Below, piece by piece: positions 12,129 through 24,731 of a DNA stretch of 64,000 nucleotides. The notes under the pieces are model-generated. The model was not told the DNA's origin and ran no database searches. It saw only the letters and a list, made by a program, of their open reading frames with translations. Within the stretch, counting starts at the first letter, position 1. Each line of letters starts with the position of its first letter. The DNA comes from Octopus sinensis. Taxonomy: Eukaryota. Location: NCBI RefSeq assembly GCF_006345805.1, contig NC_043005.1:29698001-29762000 (forward strand), read 5' to 3'. A program made the position numbers and the translations under genes.

Positions 12129-12822
12129 CTCCCTCTGTTTTCACTGTCTCTCTCTCTCTCTCTCTCGGTATATATTTCACCTTCACTCGCTTCCACAGGC
12201 TTAGCCAATACCGCAGGATGAAAAACATCAGCTAAGTTCCCGACCTGTTTCCTCTTTTCATTGTTTTTGCAAGCCTTATTATTATTGTATTCTCATATAT
12301 TAGCGTTATCGTTGTCTTTCATCTCAAATGCTAGCTGAAGCATAAAAACTTTCACTCACAAAAACTTATTCACACCACCGCAAAGCATTTCATCTCAATC
12401 CTGTCTTCTTTCTGCCGCCTAAAACCTCATCTTCTCCCAATGCGCGGTGTCACTATGTCTCTCTCTCTCTCTCTCTCTCTCTCGCTATGTGGTGTCGGTT
12501 CTCCCTCTGTTTTCACTGTCTCTCTCTCTCTCTCTCTCGGTATATATCTCACCTTCACTCGCTTCCACAGGCTTAGCCAATACCGCAGGATGAAAAACAT
12601 CAGCTAAGTTCCCGACCTGTTTCCTCTTTTCATTGTTTTTGCAAGCCTTATTATTATTGTATTCCCATATATTAGCGTTATCGTTGTCTTTCGTCTCAAA
12701 TGCTAGCTGAAGCATAAAAACTTTCACTCACAAAAACTTATTCACACCACCGCAAAGCATTTCATCTCAATCCTGTCTTCTTTCTGCCGCCTAAAAACCT
12801 CATCTTCTCCCAATGCGCGGTG
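12129..12822. repeat. recent tandem duplication of a ~320-bp unit (period 372)
   Basis: 12129-12449 versus 12501-12822 differ at only about 3-4 positions. Confidence 0.9.
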
Positions 12823-12825
12823 CGC

Positions 12826-12930
12826 CCGCCCTCCCACCCCCACCACCAATACCGGTGAACCCGCCCTCCCACCCCCACCACCAATACCGGTGAACCCGCC
12901 CTCCCGCCCCCACCACCAATACCGGTGAAC
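12826..12930 (+). repeat. 35-bp GC-rich tandem repeat x3 (fourth diverged copy at 13086-13117)
   Basis: Unit ccgccctcccacccccaccaccaataccggtgaac. Confidence 0.9.
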
Positions 12931-13581
12931 ACTGTTCTCACCATCTACACCGGATACTCCCTCTTATGTTTCTCTATCTGTCTAACTATTTATCAAATTT
13001 CTCTATCTATCTAATTTCTCTATCTATCTATCTATCTATCTATCTTCATTCGTCTAAAATCAAACTTCGTATCTTTGCGGTGCACCCGCCCTGCCCACCC
13101 CCACCACCAATACCGGATATCTCTATATTTTGCTCCATCTATACCGGATGTCGCTTCTCCCACCACCATTATAGGTGTCTACTCTTCCAGCCCCCCTCTT
13201 CAATACGCTATTTCACCATGCATTACCCCTCTCTCGATATCCTACGTTCTACTTGCCTAGAACCTGTCATCATTTCTCTGAACCACCCCTCCCCACTGGT
13301 GCTCCCCTATATTTCTGCACCCCCCCCACATAAAAAGCACCATCCGAACGTGGCCGATGCCAGACCCCTCTGGCACCTGTGCAGGTGGCATGTAAAAAAC
13401 ACCCACTACACTCGCGGAGTGGTTGGCGTTAGGAAGGGCATCCAGCTGTAGAAACACTGCCAGACTAGACTGGAGCCTGGGGCAGTCCCGAGCTCCCCAG
13501 ACCCCGGTCGAAACCATCCAACCCGTGCTAGCGCGGAAAACGGACGTTAAACGATGATGATGATGATGATGATGATATACA

Positions 13582-13640
<59 letters not shown>

Positions 13641-13990
13641 TCATCATCATCATCATCGTTTAACGTCCGTTTTCCATGCTAGCATGCGTTGGATGGTTCA
13701 ACTGGGGTCTGGGAAGCCAGGAGGCTGCACCAGGCTCCAGTCTGATCTGGCAGTGTTTCTACAGCTGGATGCCCTTCCTAACGCCAACCACTCCATGAGT
13801 GTCGTGGATGTTTTTTATGTGCCACCGGCACAGGTGCCAGGCAAGGCTGGCAACAGCCACGATCAGTTGGTGCTTTTTACATGCCACCGGTACAGAAGCC
13901 AGTCAAGGTGGCGCTGGCATTGGCTACGTTCGGATGGTGCATTTTACCTGCCACCGGCACAGGTATCACAACTACAATTTCCATTATATA

Positions 13991-14317
13991 CAAGAGTGAG
14001 TCAAAAAGTAATGCCATTTTGTTTAGGACAGGTATAATTACCACACAGGAACATTTATCATACATCAAAATGAAGATGGTCCTTTGTGGATCACATCCGT
14101 ACTTCTCAAGATTGTCACTGTTTCTCTCAATAGCATTGTTCCACCTTCGAATGAGAGCATGTATACCTGCCTCATAAAATTCTGTTGACTGTTCTTTGAG
14201 TCACTTCTTCACTACAGTTTTCACTTCCTCATCATTGGAATAATTTAGTGCCTTCAGACTATCATCTCTTCGGTCCCATGAAAGAGGGTTTGAGAGGCAG
14301 ACATTATTCCAGTGAAT
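13991..14317 (-). mobile_element. mariner 3' fragment with an inverted internal piece
   Basis: Minus strand NYSNDEEVKTVVKK*LKEQSTEFYEAGIHALIRRWNNAIE (mariner C-terminus) with TIR at 13991 next to TA. Plus strand 14250-14317 reads PSDYHLFGPMKEGLRGRHYSS. Confidence 0.8.
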
Positions 14318-15639
14318 ACACATATCATTGTACATATATCATCATCTCATACATATATCATCATCATCATCATCATCAACCTCACCATCATCATACCATG
14401 TATATGTATGGCAAACAACTGACATCTCTTAGTTTCATGTTACTATGAAACATGGTAACTGAATTAACAATAAATCAGTTAACCCCAGTTAACTTCAGTT
14501 AGCTGATTTACAAAAGTAGTGATAAAACTCCTACTTCTATTAACTGCTTTTTCATATAGTTTGTGTATATCAAGTTTTACCTATCTATAAAACACACACA
14601 CACACACACACACACGCACGCACACACACACTCATACACGTGTGTGTGTGTCTGTGTGCATGCAGTAACAGAGGATGCAAAGTAAAAAAGGTCTCAAATC
14701 TCTATTCTGAATGGTATTAATATTATTAACTTTTATTAACTCTACCATCTTTATTCAGTTACAGTTCCTTGTGTGTGTGTGTGTGTATTTGTAGTTGTGA
14801 CCCCCATAAAAAGCACCATAAAAAGCACCATCCAATCATGTTCGATGCCAGCTCTTCTGACTCCTTGTGCCAGTGGCACATAAAACGCTCCCACTACACT
14901 CCCGGAGTGGTTGGCGTTAGGAAGACATCCAGCTGTAGAAACACTGCCAGATCAGATTGGGGCTTGGTGCAGCCTCCTGGCTTCCCAGACTCCAGTCGAA
15001 CCGTCCAACCCATGCCAGCATGGAAAATGGATGTTAAACGATGATGATGATGATGAAGATTATATATATGGTAAATGAAAGACAGAAAATGGAGTATACG
15101 AAAATTTAAAATATTAATCAGGACAATTGTTTTGATGTATCTAGTGTTGATCCTTCATGGGTGGGACACTTAACAACTGGTTCAGGAGCATCTGACAGTG
15201 CAGATGTGTCTCACTGGGAGATAAATAGATATAACTTGTTAAAATAACAGTTCTGCAGTGTATCATCTCATTTTGTTGAAAGAAAAGCAGAAAAACGAAG
15301 GAAATATCTTCATTTATATAGAAGATCAAAAATAAAATCTCAGATGCAAATAAGAAACAAACACGCAATACAGCGACAAAAGTATTAAAAATAACCGTTA
15401 ACAGATATGGATGCATAAATGTCCTCGTGCAAGATGCAAGGTGCATGTACACTTGCTTATACAAGCATCCATGAAAATGTAAGCATACATACATATGTAG
15501 TTTGGTGCAGTCACAATCACAAAGTGAGTTAAATAGCTACTTGGTGTTTATAAGAATGGTGAGGTTAAAAGTAAACTTGATTCATTCATAACTTAATAAA
15601 AATTATGTTAACAGTTACTCAAATTCATTCTCACTGCAT

Positions 15640-17550
15640 TGTGCAAAAGTACATTTATATGCGTGGAGGTATCTTGAGAGTCTTTCAGAAAGTCTATTAA
15701 TGATCTTCTCATTGGTCCACAGAATAGACAGCGATTCCTCGGAGCAGAGTCAGCATCTCTTGGAAATGATAGTGTATGGTTTTGAATGCCTTATTATGAA
15801 CCAAGTTATATTGTACTTAATTTTACCTTCCTTCAGTCACCACACAAAATCAGTGAAAGATGTTGAATGTCTCTTATAGATTCTCTTGAAGCTGGTGATA
15901 TTGTTGCAATAATGATTCTTAAATGAATCAGCTGTCCGCCCAATTTAAACATGCGGCTCTCCTTTTGTGTGCATGGTACATTTATATACAAGATTTTTAC
16001 TCAAACAGAGATTCATCACTGGGCATTTTGATTTTTCTCTGCATGAGCATTTATCATATTTATTTATATATATGACAGTTCTGACTTCATTTTCCAACGT
16101 TATTACTGTGTTAGCTATAACATAATCATTTCTACTATCACAACTTGTCCATATTTGGTGCTTCTCATTGCACCAAATTTCCATCTCCATTGTTGGTAAT
16201 TAGATGTGTATGCTCACTAGATCCTATAGGTGGGTTATTGAACTGTTGTCGCATTTTACTATTGTTTATGTAGTGTACAAGCTGCTCTAAATTAGCAGAG
16301 TTAGTGTAGCATACCTTTTTGGTGTGCCAATTAAAAATAGCATGATTATGATTAAATTTAGGAAAACATTTGTCCAAAGTAGCAAAAAATTTTCCAGTGA
16401 ACTTGGTTGAAACATTTGAAACAAAACTTGGGTTGAACCAGAGGACATCCTTATTCCTATATCTGTTGTTTGGTTTATTTGATCGAGTGTGTTGTACAGG
16501 ATTGGAACAATTTACAGTGTTATGAGCAGTTGGATTATTATGTCGTGTGTGTCTATGAGTGTTCATTGGTAGTTCATTGTCTTGACCAATTCTTCCTGGC
16601 TCGTATTCTTGATTTGAGTGAATTCTCATACTGTAATGTTGCGATGGTGTACAACATGTATTATTACTATTGGAGGAATTACCAGTGTTGTGTATGCCTG
16701 CTTCTTGTATATATTAAATCTTCTTACAGTACCCAGCCCTAGCTAAAGCAGCATTGTAATAAGCTGCATGTGATTCAAAAATTTTATTATTAGCGGATAA
16801 TCTAGACATTCTTGTAGAAATATTCTTAACTAATCCCTGTATTATTGAGGGTGGAAGGTTGGATGCTATGTTTATGTACTTGATATAATCATTTGGCTTA
16901 TGAAATGGCTCATATAATCCAGTATCAAGACAGAAGAAAGCATCAAGAAAATTTATTCAATGATAATTCTTTCCCATGGTAATGTTTAGTCCTAAATTTT
17001 TAAAAAAGCTAAAGAAATTTTCCCTATGCCTTTCGAATTGTACTTTACTACTTCTGTCCATTAGAAAATTACTATTTGTAAATCTCAAAATGAGAGATAT
17101 TCAGCAACAGTACTTTGGAGTAAAGATTGTTTGCCAGCATAACATGGCAGTCTTTGTTTTGGATGAATGTTGCTGAAAATTAGCCCCAGGAGATATCATC
17201 TCCAGCTGGCTATATGACACAATCTGTATCCTTATATTTTTGAACAAGAGAATCTTGGAAGTGCTAGATTCCCTTGTTCGAAAATATAAGGACAAAGATC
17301 GTGTTGTATAGCCAACTGGAGACAATGTTTCCTGGGGCTAAATTACAGCAACATTCATCCTAAACCAGGACTGGCATGTTTTGTTGGCAGATTATCTTTA
17401 CTACTCCTCTCCAGAAATAATAAGGTGTCATCCCAAAATAGATCCCATGTTACTTCTGGAAAGGAACATAGGATTAATGAAAGGGTATATATTCCAACTA
17501 AGTCCACTCAGCCTAAAATTATGGACTACTATTTTGTCTAATTGCATTTC
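15640..17550 (-). mobile_element. Penelope-like element relic (RT, thumb, linker, GIY-YIG)
   Basis: Minus frames give LVGIYTLS...DLFWDDTL (RT catalytic region), NFLDAFF...PFHKPND...YINIASNLPPSII, VLWFNPSFVSNVST, CSCREKSKCPVMNLCLSKNLVYK and *IGRTADSFKNHY...KRC*LCSEE. Many stop codons. Confidence 0.85.
17056..17395 (-). mobile_element. hairpin element with one-sided tail, inserted into the PLE RT with a 13-bp TSD
   Basis: Arms about 17130-17254 and 17265-17390 are reverse-complementary around a 10-nt loop. Flanks are ctttactacttct (17043-17055) and ctttactactcct (17396-17408). The PLE frame resumes across the insertion. Confidence 0.8.
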
Positions 17551-17639
17551 ACGCCAGTGGGGTACAAGCAAGCATTACATACATATACGCATCCATGCAT
17601 GTATACTTACATACATGCATACATATGTATGTACATACA

Positions 17640-17694
<55 letters not shown>

Positions 17695-17744
17695 GCATCC
17701 ATGCATGCATTCATGCATATATTCATGCATACATGCAAGTGCAG

Positions 17745-17892
17745 GCACAGCTAGGTGCAGGCATGGCTGTGTGATAAGAAGCTTGCTTCCCAACCACATG
17801 GTTCCAGGTTCAGTCCCACTGCATGGCACCTTGGGCAAGTGTCTTCTACTATAGTAGAGGATTTGGTGGATGGAAACTGAAAGAAGCCTATC

Positions 17893-17924
<32 letters not shown>

Positions 17925-18265
17925 AAATGTAAGTACTGTAGACAAGGCTGTGTAGTGTTCGATTATAAATTGATAAAAAATACACATTAATTACATCCCG
18001 TACTTGTCTCTCATTATGTGTTGACGTATTTTTCACTCATTGGTGATGTCCTATGCTTCATGTGTATGTGTCTGTAATTGTCCCTTTACCATTGCTTGAC
18101 AAGTGATGTTGGTGTGTTTATGTCCCCATAACTTAGTGGTTCGGCAAAGGAGGCCAATAGAGTAAGTACTAGCCTTACAAAGAATGGGGTTAATTTGTTC
18201 AACTAAAGGCAGTGATCCAGCATGACCACAGTCAAATGACTGAAACAAGTAAAAGAGTAAAAGAG
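17745..18265 (+). mobile_element. SINE family A (head 17745-17895, tail 18050-18265)
   Basis: Same head and tail motifs as 5548-6258. Confidence 0.8.
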
Positions 18266-18299
18266 TAGATAGATAGATAGATAGATAGATAGATTGATT

Positions 18300-18351
<52 letters not shown>

Positions 18352-18353
18352 CA

Positions 18354-18385
<32 letters not shown>

Positions 18386-18518
18386 GACAGGAGAAAAAAT
18401 CACCATTCCAAAATATAACAATATGTATATATGTATATGAATATATTTATTTTTTGTCTGGGGAGAGTTACCCTGCCTTATTATCTAACACACTCACCAG
18501 TTCAGTGCACACACACAC

Positions 18519-18563
<45 letters not shown>

Positions 18564-19544
18564 TATATATATATACACACACATATATATATACATATAT
18601 ATATATCATCCTCATCATTATCATCATCATCATCATCATCATCCTCATTTTGGTTCTATAAGTTGGTTAGTTCAACCAATTTTCACAAGTCGAAGTACTA
18701 CACCATGCTCTCTTGTCTCAGATTTCCGCAGTTGGGTGTTCTTCCTAACACTTGCTGCTGTTACAGTGTGTACTCAGCACAAAGTTTTAATGGCACATCT
18801 TTTAGTGAGGTCATCGTGTAATTCTCAACACTAAAGAACCAATCCATAGCTAAATAGAAAGTAACAAGGATAGAAGGAGAGAGAGGGAGAGAGAGAGATA
18901 ATAAAGTATGGCGAGGTGGATAGAGTTATTGTTGTGAAAGGTGGACATTAAGAAAGTAACAAATTCTGAGGGAAGGGAGCAGGGAAATGGAGATGATGAG
19001 TGTTGGGTTTGATGAGGATGTGAGGGACTGAACAGTAATCATCAGGACACAATAAATTTCTGCAAACTGTCTGACTTAATAAGCTTAGTAAAAATCATAG
19101 TCATGAGTTTTATCAGCTGGAGTTAATTAATTAAACTCAAGTTGACATCCTTTTAAATCTAACTAATAAAGCATGAAGCTGTACTTTTTATTAGGTTAAT
19201 CCAGTTTGCTGAAACATAGTGTGTATCGATGAGAAATATAGAAATTTTGACATGCATAATGCTTCAAACGGTTTTCAGACTCAATTTGTTTTTATTCTGT
19301 TTTGGAAGAAAGATTTTTTATTTCCAATCAAAAACTGTTAATTTTAAAAGCAGAATGACACACATTTTTTGGTAAGAAGTGTTTATTATATGTAAGTGCT
19401 TTTACTGTTTACATGTTTTCAAACATACATATTATAGGGTAATCTGTACACAGGAAATTGATTCTAGTAGCAGTATTAACTATTTCTAGTTTAGCTTTAG
19501 ATTTAGAATCTTTATGAAGCATTTTTCTTGCAGACACTCTTGAT

Positions 19545-20930
19545 AAGTTTTGACCTGACTAGCTTATATCCCCTATAGATTAAAATTACAAGCAGTAAAA
19601 TTCTGGATAGACAAATACCCACACAAATTCCCAGATGATTATATACTTGAAGGGTTACAACTGGTTCTAGAAAGCAGCAACTTTTTTGCTAACCAATATT
19701 ATCTCCAAATAATAGGAACAGCCATGGCCACAAAAGTAACACCTGAAATTCTCACAATCACAATGGAATTCCTCAAAGAAAAAAATCTATGCCTGTTCTG
19801 GTATTGTTTTTGATCAGTATTTCCAATGCAATTTGAAAGAAACTGGAAAATATTCCTGTGTGACTGCTTCATAATTTGGAATAAAAGTAAGGAAGATCTT
19901 GCAAAATTCCTTAAATTAATACCTAGCATCCATGAATTGAGCCAGTTTGCCATAAAAATGAATGAAATGGAACTTCCTTTTATGGTAATTAAAGAGAATG
20001 AGAATATTACAACCAGTCTCTACTCCAAGGACATGGATACATACCAATACATAGATTTTAGATCTGGCCACCAATTCTATATTGAATGGAACATCCAGTT
20101 TAACATGATAAAATGATTATTTTCAATAAGCTATGGACACAAATTGGTAAGACAGATGACTGGTGGGACTAAAGGTATTCCTTCAGAAATAAAAATACCT
20201 GAAAAACAGTAAATCTTGCCATAACCAAAGTAAAAGAGATTCCAGTCTCTGTCGCACAATGAAATCCTCACAATGAAGGTGAAGACAAAAACAAAAACAT
20301 TTAATTTGTAGTTATCCATAAGACTAGAAACCATAATATCTTACATTCAACAAAATGATACTTTCAAATCTTATATCAAATCTCAAAAAATTAATTCAAT
20401 AATCTCAAATTATTAACAGCTGAAGTCAACCATCAAATCTTAAAAGTCTCTTAACAAAGATAAAATTCTCACTAGAAGAAATAATAAACTGAAAGTTGAT
20501 GAAAATATAAAATTTAAAACAAAGAATCTCATAAACTGCATCACATACTCATAATGAGAATTATATCAGCCAAATAGGATCAAAATTAATTATTGTATTA
20601 GAGTTTATAAACAACAAATCAGAATCATCTTTTAGAAAAATTCTGTATCGTGAACATTTAGATATTTGTGAAATGGAAAATTGAAAATATTGCCTTTTTC
20701 AAAATAAAAGAGGAAACTGATCAACTGCAAAAGACAAAAGAAGGATATTTTATAAGAATTCTAAATCAGAAACTAAACCAAATTGGTCAACACTTCTACT
20801 AAGAACAATTTTGTCTTTGGAAATTACTCCCGTAGAATGTAAGTCTGAAAAGCTGTAAGTAGCAAAAGTACAATCGAATAATTCTTTCCAAAAGATTTAC
20901 ATCATTGTTTCTTCTAAAATTGTTTATATA
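19545..20930 (+). mobile_element. second Penelope-like relic (RT plus GIY-YIG), a different lineage
   Basis: Degraded frames SFDLTSLYP, QYYLQIIGTAMATKVTP, WKIFLCDCFIIWN, DTYQYIDFRSGH, KNLINCIT...ENYISQIGSKL, EHLDIC, KEGYFIRILNQKLN. Confidence 0.75.
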
Positions 20931-21075
20931 TATATATTTATAGGTATATATATATGTGTGTATATATACATACATACGTATATATATATATATGTATATA
21001 TACATATATATGCTTATATATGTACATATATATCATATATATATATATGTGTGTGTGTGTGTGTATATATATCTG

Positions 21076-21128
<53 letters not shown>

Positions 21129-21129
21129 G

Positions 21130-21161
<32 letters not shown>

Positions 21162-21269
21162 TATTTATGCATGTATATGTATGCATATGTGTATATATAT
21201 ATATATGTATATATATGTATGCATATGTGTATATATATATATGTATATATATGTATGCATATGTGTACT

Positions 21270-21300
<31 letters not shown>

Positions 21301-21745
21301 ATTTGTGATTTTTAATTTAAGAAACCTTTATTCAAATATTGTAACAATATCAAGAATTCTTTCTAAAAACTTCTTTTTAGATATATATACACAGGTATGT
21401 ATTTATGTATAAATTTATGTGTAATTGAAATACTCTGACATTTTCTCAGCTTATGAATATCATCAGTGGAAGATCATTGAAACACATGTAATGAAAAAAT
21501 TTTGAATATCAATAACTTGTTTTCTGTGTATATTTCAACACATGTGACTCTTGTTACCATTCCTTAGCCTGAACCTTAATTTACATCACTTTGAACAATG
21601 CATCATGGGAACACGGGGGTTCAGCATAGTTTGAATATTGAGCCTTCATTTGTATGTTAACATGTTAAGCATTTTAGTATATCACTAAGCATATATATGT
21701 ATATAGATATATGTATGTGTGTGTGTGTACATATGTATATGTATA

Positions 21746-22616
21746 CAGGGTGTGATGGGTAAATTGTCGCCATTCTATATTTCTAATTTTTTGCATGCAC
21801 ATTGCTTGTTTTTCCTTTTGTTGACTACACAGTATAGTAGGGTCAGTTGGGCACTATCTGTGGGAAAAACAGCACCAAGATGCAATTCACTCTTCCAGAA
21901 ATTTGCCAAACGACATGCTGTGTGGCTTGATGTTCATGCCAGAAGCTCCAATACGAACATTTCAGATTTTGGGTGTCAATCTGAGGACATGTATCGAGAC
22001 TGATAAAAATCAAACATCCAGTCAACATCATGGTGTTTGGAGTCATCATTAGTGATGGCAACGTTATGCCTACATTCATCTTCCTGTAGAGCCTTAAACT
22101 CAACATGGATATCTATATCAAGTGCCTGGAGGAGGCAGTGTTGCCTTGGGTCAAGAGCATGGGTGCTGGAAAACCTTATGTCTAGCAACAGGACTCTGCA
22201 CAGTTCAACACAAGCAGAAGAACTGTCATGGATGTTTGACAATTTCTGTGAACACATTACCTCTAACATCTCGCTACCTAACTCCCTCCCCACACTGCAA
22301 ACTCCTTGATTATTATGTGTGGGGTGCAGTTGAATGAAAGACCAACAAAACTCCTTGTAACACCAAAGATAAACTGAAGGCAAAGATTATGGCAGCATTC
22401 ACCAACTTAAGCAAGGAGACTGCCCAGAAGTGTTGCAGGAGATTCTGAAGTCGTTTGGATGCTGCAGTTGAAGCCAATGGGGATTTTATTGACTACATTT
22501 ACTCTTTGGTATTTAAAGATATTTTTATGTAAGTTTGATAAATATATCTGTTAAAATGAGATGTCAGCGTTATTTTCATTTTTGCGTAATTTAGATGACA
22601 GTTTATTCACTGCATA

Positions 22617-22620
<4 letters not shown>
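21746..22620 (+). mobile_element. internally deleted maT (DD37D) Tc1/mariner element, copy 1
   Basis: TA|cagggtgtgatgggtaaattgtcgcc TIR. Frames KHPVNIMVFGVIISDG, QQDSA and LDYYVWGAVE. Colinear with 23538-24407. Confidence 0.85.
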
Positions 22621-22688
<68 letters not shown>

Positions 22689-23537
22689 ATATATATATAT
22701 ATATGTGTATGTATGTATGTATATATATATATACGTATGTATGTATGTATATATATATATGATCATATTGGAGCCTGGTGTGGCCGTCTGGCTTGCCAGA
22801 CCTTAGTCAAACAGTCCAACCCATGCCAGCATGGAAAGTGGACGTTAAACGACGATGATGATGATTATGATGATGATGATGATATATATATACACACACA
22901 CATATATATGTTTGTAATGTATGTATATGTATGTATTGTTAGGTCACTTGTGAAGTCTCTCATGAGTACTACAGGTAACATGGAATCCAGAACGACCTAT
23001 TGCATTGTCAAGTCTTTGGCAGTTAAACAAGCACTCTAACCAGGCTTGTCTGGTTAGAAGGGCTGCTAGAAACCCTGTAGGACTGAAGACAAGACCTGTC
23101 AAAAAAGACATCCCTCAGAAATTCTAGTTTGGTGTCTGGCATGCTAGAAGACCACTGAGAATGAGGCACCCCTCGGCTTTTGCTAAAACACGTATATTGG
23201 AGAAGGCCAATCTTATATAAAAGCAGATATGAAGGGAATGGCACTGAGCATTTTGGGATCATGCAGTTAAAATCATGGTGCTCCCATATTCCTGAGCTTG
23301 TGATCCATATCGGCACTGGTTATCCTGCCTGGGCTTGTCTCTAAGAGCATGTCAGTAGATTGGAGAGAGTTTATGAGGTGTTGTGCAAACTTTATTGAAC
23401 CTAAACTCTTTTGGACTGGCATTGCTTTGTCAGTGATGGTCATACTTGTGTACAAGTTGACAGTCATTATATGTATGTATATATGCATGTGTGTGTGTGT
23501 GCATGTGTGTGTGCATGTTTGTGTGTGTAAATGTATA

Positions 23538-24407
23538 CAGGGTGAGATGGGTAAATTGTCGCCTTTTTGTATTTTTGATTTCATGCATGCGCATTGTTTA
23601 TTTTTGATTTTGTTGACTACACAGTATAGTAGAGTCTGTTGGGCATTGCCTGTGAGAAAAAAAGCACCATGATGCAATTCACTCTGCCAGAAATTTGGAA
23701 ACAACATGCTGTACTGCTTGGCATTCGCACTAGAAGCTCCAGTATGAACATTTCAGAGTGTTTGAGTGTCAATCTGAGGACATGTACTGAAAGTGATAAA
23801 TATCAAACATCCAGTCAACATCATGGTGTTTGAAGTGATCACTAGCGATGGTGACGTGCCTACATTCAACTTCCCACACTGCTTCAGACTCAACATGGAG
23901 GACTACATCAAGTGCCTGGAGGAAGTAGTGCTGCCCTTGGTGAAGAGGGTGGCTGCTGGAACACCCTATGTCTGGCAACAGGACTCTGCACCATGTCACT
24001 CAAGCAGGAGAACCCAGTCATGGCTGTCAGACAATTTCTGCAACCACATCACCCAGAACATCTGGCCATTTAACTCCCCAGACTGCCTTCTCCTTGAGTA
24101 TTATGTGTGGACTGCAGTTGAGTGAGAGACCAACAAAACTCCTTGTAACACCAAAGATGAACTGAAGGCAAGGATTATGGTAGCATTTACCAATTTAAAC
24201 AAGAGGACCGTCCAGAAGGGTTGCTGGAGATCCTGAAGTCATCTGGAGGTCGTAATTGAAACCAATGGGGATTTTATTGAATAAATTTACTCTTTAGTAT
24301 TTCAAGATATTTTTATGTAATTTTGGTAAATATATCTGTTAAAATGAGATGTCAGTTATATTTTCATTTTTGCATAATTTAGATGACAGTTTATTCATTT
24401 CACCTTG
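23538..24407 (+). mobile_element. internally deleted maT (DD37D) element, copy 2
   Basis: TIRs cagggtgagatgggtaaattgtcgcc and gatgacagtttattcatttcaccttg with TA on both sides. QQDSAPCH...WPFNSPDCLLLEYYVW places 37 residues between the 2nd and 3rd catalytic positions. Confidence 0.9.
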
Positions 24408-24473
24408 TATATATGTACATACATGTATGTATCTATTTATATATAAACTTCAATTAGAAGTTGTGTTAACCTC

Positions 24474-24513
<40 letters not shown>

Positions 24514-24731
24514 ATATAGATTATACTCATATAAAAGAAAGACCGTATCATTCAGTCTGCTATAAGGAATCTATAAACACATATAAAACATCAAAGGGTA
24601 TATTTTTGTCCCTCTGAAGATATTATGCTCAAGTCATATAAATATAAATTTAATATTTACTGGGTATTAATTGAAACAGCTGTAAGGGATGATGATTAAT
24701 TTGCTGTTAAAAATAATATATATATATATAT

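Noticed and set aside
12826-12930. 35-bp repeats (and the 23-bp array at 53991) as a CRISPR array
   Set aside because: Units are head-to-tail with no unique spacers, there are no cas genes, and the context is eukaryotic.
20845-20871. Hammerhead-like CTGAAAA-GCT...AGC-AAAA after the second PLE
   Set aside because: Both core segments are mutated and helices I and III cannot be drawn. At most a dead relic.
22985-23460. Non-repetitive stretch between the maT copies with a hydrophobic frame (KLFWTGIALSVMVILVYK)
   Set aside because: No clear splice boundaries or recognisable family. It could be an old TE relic and is left unassigned.
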